Under the pieces are notes generated by a model. It worked only from the letters and a program-made list of their open reading frames with translations. It had not been told where the DNA came from and searched no databases. Shown here in pieces: positions 55,031 through 64,000 of a DNA stretch of 64,000 nucleotides. Every line of letters begins with the position of its first letter. Position 1 is the stretch's first letter. The DNA is from Eledone cirrhosa (taxonomy: Eukaryota): the NCBI GenBank assembly GCA_964016885.1, contig OZ024745.1:47864001-47928000 (forward strand), given 5' to 3'. Position numbers and translations under genes: made by a program.

Positions 55031-55114
55031 TCATATATAGGTATAGATATTAGTAAATACAAATGAAGAGAAATAAATAAACAGAGCTACATTTTTGATT
55101 TCTTACTAATTTAA

Positions 55115-55335
55115 CCCGTTAACATTTACATTAATCTATATATGCTATTGTATTTTTGTGGCAAAGGCTTTACCTCACATAATTATCTGATATAATATTG
55201 AATCTTTGAGATTTTTATGATCTTTATTTTGAGAACAATACCTTAATATCAGTAGGAGCAGCCAGTTATGGCGGGTTTAAACAGAAAAAGGTGAAAAAAT
55301 TCTGGTCGGATATGGCCGGTTTAAATGCTAAAGGG
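55115..55335. mobile_element. piggyBac-type MITE (family B)
   Basis: TTAA TSDs at 55111-55114 and 55336-55339; TIRs CCCGTTAACATTTA / TAAATGCTAAAGGG. Homologous to 60161-60367. Confidence 0.85.
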
Positions 55336-56503
55336 TTAATACTGCAAACTTTCACAACAATGTTTCCACAAGTAAAGATATTATAAACATTTGAATCAAC
55401 AAACCTATTTTTAGATATTTTCTCCTAACTCATTAAAGGATGTGAAAAGTTAACATACAATTTCAGATCAAATTGTCTGTCAAAATATACAACGGAATAT
55501 ATATATATAACAAAACAACAAACATTTCGTAAGAAATATATAGAAAGTTTAAAGACAACCAATTTATAACTTTTAGATACTTCTATGGAAATGAGGAAAA
55601 AAAAAATTAAGAATATGTTGAGTAATTATCTACTTATAATATATGAACATTAAAACAACCATTATGAAATATGGCTGAGATGATCAGCCAAATACTTAGC
55701 TCACAATAGCCTAGACAATCTAGCTAAATCACATAAGCAAGTACTCCAGGGTTATACAATTTACTCCTGTAAGCAACATTATAAGAACTGTAAACATGGA
55801 GATGAAAGTAGTTTCAAATTTCACATGTCATTAAAAACAGAACACGATAAAAATATAATTTAAAGACAAGAGACAGTTTCACAATATAACAAAATCTATG
55901 GTGAATGAAATATATTTTTCTTTAAACCCCAAACAAAATAATACAGGCATTTGGATTCCAATTTTAACAAAAGGCATATTTTTATCAGTATTTTCTTATA
56001 GAAAATATGTAAAATAGATTAGATATAATTCTAGAATGTAATGCATATCTCATCTGTTCAAGGTAGAGTCTATCCAAATTTTATATTCAAGAGTATTAAA
56101 AAAAAAAAAAAAAAGTATGCTCAGATCCAAATTTAAAATCAGGAAAATATCATCTCCCTACCAAAAAAAATTACCTTGCAATAATTGGCGGAGGTTGGTT
56201 TAGTTTAATATTTTCAAAGGAATTTTTTAAAATATTTAATATTTTCCAGTATTTTCTTTTGAGGAGACCTCTTGTATATGACATTGTTACAACTTCAAAT
56301 CAGGCCATTATCTTGGTTCAGAAATATTATAATAAGGATTATTACTGAATATTTTAACTACATAATCAAGTTTTCAATATTCACAATATCTCATAAGCAC
56401 TCCTAACAATTCAGGTGTCAAAATAAATACTCAAGCCTTGGCTAAAATTTAACAATGTAGAGGAGATCGTGCATGTTCCTATTTTAACCTGGTTAACCCA
56501 AAT

Positions 56504-56732
56504 TTATCCAAGCATTTAGCAGGCAAAACTCCCTTAAAACAAACAATTCTTTTTATAATATGAACAAAGCAGATTGGAGTGAATCTGGTAATCTAATTCA
56601 ATCTATGATACAATATCTATACTATCCAAAAAATTCCATCTACTAATTTTATTAGAGTTATCTATCTTGCTTATTGCTTTTAGATTTGAAACACATCTAG
56701 AGGGAGTTTTTGTCTACTAATTGTTTGAATAA
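56504..56732. mobile_element. Degenerate foldback/MITE-like inverted repeat
   Basis: TTATCCAAGCATTTAGCAGGCAAAACTCCCT vs revcomp of the right arm, TTATTCAAACAATTAGTAGACAAAAACTCCCT. Confidence 0.55.
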
Positions 56733-56794
56733 CTTCAGTTAATTAAAGTTTTTCAACTCACATATATCTGAAACCCAACCATATTCATATTTAG

Positions 56795-56859
56795 TATGCA
56801 CAGTGCTAAAGTATATTTAATATGCACAATGCTAAAGTATATTTAATATGCACAATGCT
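56795..56859. repeat. 26-bp tandem repeat, ~2.5 copies
   Basis: TATGCACA(G/A)TGCTAAAGTATATTTAA repeated. Confidence 0.9.
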
Positions 56860-58013
56860 GAGGCATCTTACATCAGCTTTATTGTTAATAGCATATGTAA
56901 TTGATATGAAAAACTAAATATCAGATAACTACAGAGATATGATGAATTGAGAGATGATAAAGAGAAAAATAAACATTAGAAACAAAGTAAATTGTAAAGC
57001 ATAGCTTAAGGACTAAGATATTTAAAACCAGACAACTAAAAAGTGTTGTCTGTATGGTAATATTTTTCAAACATAAAATTCAAAAGCAGAAATAATCTAT
57101 TAGTTTATAAACCAAAAATCATTATGATTTTGATAGTTTCCGATATTTCCTTAGATGATTACTGAGAAATAGTGGACTAAATAAACACTGAAGTGGATCA
57201 TAAAGAACATTTAATTAGAAGCAATAGCTGATATTGGTTTGGATTTTTGTCCATCAGGTAAAAATTCATTCAAAATGGTATTTAAATATGTAATAGCAAG
57301 TTATTTATTAGTCTAAAAAAAATAAAAAATAATAATAAATGGAACAAAACAACTAATTTAGCATGCCCTACATTTGAGACCAAAACACTCCTTACAGGGC
57401 GTACCTGTTCCTTGTAAGTAGCAGGATTTTGACTTATAAGGAGTGCAGGTGATTTTGTCAGACCATCATCCGTGATGCAGCAAGCAGGAAGCTTGTTTGT
57501 AGCCAATATTTCTGAAAAAGTTTACAACAGTGAAAGTTTCCAAGTCTTTTTTTTTTTTAATATAAGCAAAAGCAATCCTTTGAATAAGTGACAACAGAAA
57601 AATAATTAGAAATGTTATAAAGAAAATAGTACAATGTCAGGTGAAAAATGGTAAACCAAGGCAATAGTAACCAGTAAATTAATTAGAACAGAAGTGGAAA
57701 GGTTGTTCAGATAGCATGAAGATATTAGTCTGCACTTCATAATCTTATAAAATCAGATATAAGCCCTTTCAATTTTCAAACAATGAAAAATTAATAAAAT
57801 ATGGAAAGTGGAATGGACGAGGCACATCTGATATATATTATTCATGTTTGTCCTTTTAATATTTCTTAACATTTAAAAAGTAAGTAAAGTAAGCAGTGTT
57901 TCATTAAGTAATATTTTATTACAAACAATGAAAGCAAATTTGGAAATTACTATTGTTTAAAAATGTTCTTTACTTAATTACAATTCTGATATTGCATGCC
58001 ATAGTAACAATTC

Positions 58014-58054
<41 letters not shown>

Positions 58055-58275
58055 AAATCAAAAGATGGTTAAAAGAGTTCCATGTATTTTATTATGCGCA
58101 TTTCAAAAACAAATATCATCATGGGATGATATTTGCGTTCTCATCAGATAAAATAGGGAGACATGATATGAAGCTTAAAAAACACTTGCGAGCAGTGAAG
58201 TGTTAAATCAACATATGCTACTTATCCGATATTTGCATTGCTTTATTGTGCTACAATAAAACTCACCTCCTACAT

Positions 58276-58311
<36 letters not shown>

Positions 58312-58639
58312 TAATTTGATCTTCATTCTCAAAGAAAATAGCTTTTCAATTGTCACAAAACTACTGTTGTAAATTCCAGCTATGTGTATGTCACTGAAAA
58401 ATGTCTTAATTGTTGATTTATAATAATTACTGTAGCATTAATGTCATCAGTAACATAATTCTATATTCATAGGATATTTCAGGCAACTTTCCTCCTCTCT
58501 CTCATTATCCCTGTTGTCTATCAAACTGAATACTTCAACCAATCCCTCCATCTCATAACTACCACCCATGTCTTTTCTATTGACATCAATCTAAATGAGT
58601 CAAAGCTGTACACTAACTTCCTTGCCTTCACCAATCTGC

Positions 58640-58745
58640 AATGGCTCTAATTTAGGCATAAGCCCAACAGATTGGGGAAAGGGAATCAATTACATCAACC
58701 CTAATACTTGACGGGTACTTTATTTATTTTTTCAACTCAGAATGT
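58640..58745 (-). mobile_element. Partial SINE, same family as 41693-41896
   Basis: CTAATTTAGGCATAAG...ATTGGGG...CATCAACCC...GGTACTTTATTT...AACTCAGAATGTAAA. Confidence 0.6.
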
Positions 58746-58913
58746 AAAAACCTTCGGATGAATATCAATGAAAGAAATAAAATGCCTAGATATTATGGGA
58801 AGCTAAATACCCAGAAAATAATCTAAACTGTATTTCCACAATAAGGTTTATATTATGCCAGTATTTGCACAATTAGATGTAAGCTTAAATGCACAATATA
58901 TCTTGGGATTGTA

Positions 58914-58916
<3 letters not shown>

Positions 58917-58963
<47 letters not shown>
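58917..58963. repeat. (GA)n microsatellite
   Basis: Directly visible. Confidence 0.95.
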
Positions 58964-58965
<2 letters not shown>

Positions 58966-60160
58966 CACAAGCAGCAAACTAGAAGTATTAGAGTTTGTAT
59001 GTTTTAAAACAGTAATTTGAGCTCTATATATATATATCTATTTGCCTTAGGAAAAGCCAACCTCATTAGTGTTGGTGGCACTCAGTACACTGAAGTAGCT
59101 GCCGTTCAACCTGTAACAACATAGGGTAGGCAAGATTCTTCAGACATGTCAATAACATGACAAACTCAATAGTGCTGCAAACCAACACGCTTTAAAGTGG
59201 TTGTCATTAATTAGGAAGGGTATCTAGTTACAAAAATCATGCCAACAACTGGAACATATGTAAGTGAGATTTAGTACCAAAGCTATCTAGTGGGACAGTA
59301 GCACCTAAAGATATCCTTCCTTGGGTTTCCAACTTCTAAACTTGTAAAGGTGCTGATGACATATATCATGTTTTAGGTATTTTAAACCTAGTGTAGCCCA
59401 TTCTTCACCAAGTTCAACAAGTCTATCACTAGCTGATTTCTTCCAGGGAGATTATGAGCATGTGTGCGTTTGTATATATATTGAGTGCCTGAGGTACGAA
59501 GACGAAGAAGACCACAAATCAGAATAGTATTCGATGCATAGTGGGAGGCAGAATGGGTATGTATATATATAGCCTGAAAGATAAGCAACACTAGATGTAG
59601 TGTCTTTGTGACTTTGCTAGAGTAGGCTTTGAAACCTTAAGTCGCTTGCAACTGTGTGTGCGTGTGGAGAGAGAGAGAGATAGTTTAATGCCCTATACAA
59701 ATGATCTTTTTAAAAATTGAAATCATGGAATGTGATAGTCAGGCACAACCATTTTGGTGCCAACCCATTTGATCATGGATATTTTGGCTCTAGGATATAA
59801 CACGTTTCATTAACTTATTATTCAAAGCTACAACTGCAGAGATATAAAACAATTTACTTATATAGCGAAATACATTCAGTAATTATAAGCAAATCTCTTT
59901 AGCTATTTGACAGCATCCATGTTGTTGCAACTAAGAACAGTTTCATACATTCTTTCATTTACATATCTACTCCTTTAGTTTCTGTAGTGGATCATGTCCA
60001 TTCATGACTGGTTGAGGAGCATATATTTTGTAGCATTCTGGCAGAACTAAATGTAAATTAGTTTGGTGGAACTAAATCCCACTTTCTAGATATTTTTCTC
60101 AAAGCAGACCTATCAGTGACAGTGGCTAAATTAACTTGAGATATATCAAACATTTATTAA

Positions 60161-60367
60161 CCCTTTAGCATTCACATTATTTTATATATACTATTATATT
60201 TTCATGGTAAAGGCTTTACCTCACATAATTATCTCACATAATATCGAATCTATGAGATTTTGAAAGTATTTATTTTGAGAATACCTTAACATCAGTTTGA
60301 GCGACCAGTTACAGCCAGTTTCAACAGAAAGAGGTAGAGAATTCTGGCCGGTTTGAACATTAAAGGG
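60161..60367. mobile_element. piggyBac-type MITE (family B)
   Basis: TTAA TSDs at 60157-60160 and 60368-60371; TIRs CCCTTTAGCATTCA / TGAACATTAAAGGG. The internal AAAGGCTTTACCTCACATAATTATCT is shared with the 55115 copy. Confidence 0.85.
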
Positions 60368-60539
60368 TTAAACAGCTGGGAGCTCAAAAGTTTCCACTGT
60401 TCTTTTCTTATTAGTTTTGAAAAGTGTGACCCCTAATTGTGCAGCAGAAGCTTCATGAAAATGGCTCTTTACTTCCTGTACCACTTCTCCAGTTTTAGCA
60501 TGCAGCCTTGCTTTGCATCATTTTTGTTTAACTCCAAAA

Positions 60540-60790
60540 CACCTTTTTGATACCAAACTGCCTGTAATTTGACAATATAAAACTTTTTTATTTTTAAGTG
60601 TTTATATTTTTCTTTAAAAACATTCCATCAAAACTTTATGTAAGAATCTTTGTTAGGTTATATTCCGAACAACCAATTTAATAATGAGAAAGTAAGTTAT
60701 ATTACTAAATCCCAGCAAATTCTAAATTTTTGGATTTATTTGAAAATCACAGGCAATCTTTCATTAGAAATATGGTAAAAAAAAGGGCTA
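60540..60790. mobile_element. Degenerate piggyBac-type MITE (family A)
   Basis: CCTTTTTGATACCAAAC ... CATTAGAAATATGGTAAAAAAAAGGG. Confidence 0.55.
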
Positions 60791-61974
60791 AACATCACCT
60801 GTGATTGCTTTCTTGAAAGAATAAAGAAGTTCATTATATGCTAATTGTTCATTAATACTCCCTCCAGTCAAAATATGCATTAACAAAGAGTAATTAGTTA
60901 AAAATATATAAGATGGCAAAATAATACAAAATGTAGGGTAGTGTGCATGCAGCAAATAAAACTCAGATGTCACTTGTTGGTAATAACAGTAATGTCATCT
61001 CTAACCACAAACTCATTTTCCACATGAAATATTTCTTAGAGCCAAAATGCCCATTATTAAATGGGTTTTCCAATTAAATGGTAGCCTCAAAACATACATG
61101 ACCCTTAAAATCAAGTCCAATTTCAATCAATAAGCAAAAGAAAGAAAAAAAAGTAATCACAAAATAAGGCTTGGAACTCTCATTGCTTGAGATTTGAATA
61201 ATGTAAAAATCTTGATGACCATAATTAAAATTTTGTTCAAATTTAATGGTTAAAATGAACTTAAGTTCCAATATGTAATGAAACCTGAATATTATAGATC
61301 ATAGAAATCTTTGAAATACTGGATTAGAAATTTAGTATTAGCAACAAGAAATCAGTAATCTAGTAAGAATTAATACATTCTATTGATTTGGGTTTTATAA
61401 AAAAAATTGTTAATATGCAGCAATATATCAAATAAAATGTTCAATATTCATTAAAAAACTATTCAAGAAGAAACGTAATGCAAAGAAATAAAACAATTCT
61501 AAATTATACTATAGTGAAATTTAGTGAGTTGAACTTAGGGTCATTTTTTAGTGACATTTATGGCATATCATATATGTTTAGAATGAATTTGTTTCTTCTT
61601 AAAAATAAGAAAAAATAACATTTTTAAAAACCTTGAAACCAAATCTCTATCAGAATAAATGGGGAAAAAAAATTGATACTGAATTTCTTGTGACAGAGAT
61701 AGAAGGGGAGAGGTTGACTGTGGTTGTTTCTTTCTAACACCATAAATGTCTAGCTGTTGATAACTGGAATGTTAATGTAAGTCCATTTGACACTTCTTGT
61801 TTATTTTTTCAACTTGAAATTAAATCAGACAATACAAACAGTAGAAATGGTATACTAAAATTGTAAAGGAACTGAAGTTTATACTAAAGTTTTTTTAATA
61901 GCGTCAACCACAATAACATTTTAGAGAAAAATAGAAAAGGAGCCAGTTGACAGATCAAACCAAGGAAACTGGTC

Positions 61975-62250
61975 TTTCCTACCTGCAGTCTACAATGTTT
62001 GGCAAGGAGGGGTGGGGGCAGGATTTGAATTCACAATGCACAGAACTGGATCAGATACTACAAAACAGCCAGTCCATCTCTTTAACAATATCCCTAACCT
62101 GCCAACCTTGGACTGTTTTTTTTTTATTTATCGATTCTGAAAAAAGGAATGGCAATGTTGACTCTGGTAGCATTTGAACCAGGGTGCAGAGAGCAGGAAC
62201 AAATACCAAGGCATTTAATCTGACACTCTAACAACTGTTGATTCACTGCC
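61975..62250 (-). mobile_element. Dimeric tRNA-derived SINE
   Basis: Two B-box-like motifs (ATTTGAATTC ~62023, ATTTGAACC ~62172) around a decayed core TTTATCGATTCTGAAAAAAGGAATGGCAATGTTGAC. Confidence 0.7.
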
Positions 62251-64000
62251 TTTTTAAGAAATATTCCATAATAATGAAGAATATATTTTTTATAAGATAT
62301 CATATAACAGCACAAAGGTAAAATAATATCTCTTGTATTGCCATTACAAATAAACATATCTGATCTACTTCAGAAAAATCCTCAACACCATCAAATGATT
62401 TGGCAATAAAAGGTTTATATCTCTCTTTGATACGACTACTAGATGAAATGTTTGTGATAAATGTAATGTCATGGGATAATGTAATGAGTTTGTGCTTAGA
62501 ATCAGAATGGTTGTATGATTGGTCTGTGAAGACAATATCTAATATGCAATGAAGAACAATGAGTTGTGTGATTGTTCTTGAAACAAAGGAGTAGAAATTA
62601 CAAAACAATAAGTGCTCAGTGTGATATAAAAATAATACTCTAGCACACTTTACTGAATTTATAGGACAATTACAAACCTTTGAAATCTAGATCAAGATTA
62701 AACTTATATTTAGTAACAAAGGCTATTTGTATTAGAGGTGTGATCTTGATTTGTAAATAAAAATTAAGTAGGAACTCAGTGTATAGTCAGTGCAAACAAT
62801 GGATACACAGAATTGCCATGAAATCTAGGCCAGACTGACACTGAATCATTGGCTTTACTAAATAATTATACTGGTTAAGTAATAGAATTTATCTTCAAGT
62901 CATAAACAGAACACATGGGCTACTGGAATTGTTAAGTGAATGTAGTATATAAAGTTTTACCTAACTGACATAATTGGCTAAGGATTACATTGTAGTTAGG
63001 GATCAAAAGAGAAATTTAGAGAGCTGTTATGTCTACAGGAAACAGGGTTGTTCTTTTTATGCATGTGGCAGTAAAACAGAAGCACGGGTACAGATGATTT
63101 GTGTGAATGAAGAGGAACTAGATGAATATCAACGATATGATAAGCAATTATAACTTTGCAAGGAAAGTTTAATAGAAGTTGAAAACTGAAAAAGTACAAA
63201 AAGTACTGGCTAATATATGCACGCAAGAGGCTAGGATGGACAGGAAATTTTAATTAATGACACAGGCTGAAAAAGTACCAATTAATGGTAGTGGTAAAAA
63301 TACCCAGAGTAGAAGTTGATAAAACAAAAAAGACTTGGACAGAAGTAATTAGATCAAAGGTAAGATTAAGTGACATAAGATTAAGATATATGGAAGGAGC
63401 ACTGTTGCAGTTCCATCAAAACTTTACAGTCCCCCCCCCCCCCCTCTCGAAAAATTATGATAATGGTTGATGTTATGATGAAAGTGAACTTCATTGCACC
63501 ATTTATTGAAATACATAACTAAATGAATGAAACTACAAAACTACTATTTCACCAATCATAGTACAAATTCAACAACAAAGAAACTTCAAAGATAGATATA
63601 GATATTTCAGAACAAACCCAATCATTTTACAATATATTGTTTCTATCAACTATTGTAAACTCAAGATTAAACTGACAAAGACAGGATTTCTTTAAGAATT
63701 AATATCAACACTTTTTTAAGCAATCTGCACGAGATCACATCTGATTCTATGTATGATACGAAAGCTGTTCAACATTAAGTTTAAACATTCTATCACAATT
63801 CCATTTAAGTATAATTTATTATGTTCCAAACACCAGCTCAATTCTGAAAGAGTTATTTTACTTAATTGCTTCAAACTATTAATTATTTTCAAAATTAACT
63901 AAAACATAAAAGCAATGTATTTTATTAGACATGAGTAGAAATGATTAATAATTTTTAAAAATATAAAGTTATAGATTCCATTTTCTTAGATTTTATAAAA

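Noticed and set aside
62300-62608. 102-aa minus-strand ORF as an upstream SCaMC exon
   Set aside because: It has no EF-hand or carrier motifs, and I could not identify convincing splice boundaries.

Overview
AT-rich eukaryotic (metazoan) genomic DNA. The SINE/MITE content resembles octopus repeats as I recall them; that assignment is inferred, not searched. Bases 1-36060 are one head-to-tail 53-bp satellite array (~680 monomers, open at the left edge) with nested higher-order duplications of 3, 7, 10, 45, 85 and 159 monomers. Bases 36061-50899 are non-coding: tRNA-derived SINEs (several dimeric), hAT and piggyBac-type MITEs, near-perfect hairpins and a 3.7-kb compound (AT)n block, whose long Y/I/H/T ORFs are artefacts. 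This part also holds a ~1-kb Penelope-like element with a perfect 157-bp inverted repeat and a type I hammerhead ribozyme motif. Bases 50900-53491 (minus strand) hold the last four coding exons of a SCaMC (SLC25A23/24/25-family) mitochondrial ATP-Mg/Pi carrier, one of which is missing from the ORF track. The rest appears to be intron with RTE LINE fragments and MITEs. Two signals stand out. One is the hammerhead with a 115-nt stem II and its own antisense arm, downstream of and co-oriented with the gene. The other is a common satellite variant that spells the hammerhead core CUGAUGA...GAAAC...GUA, although its helices are weak.
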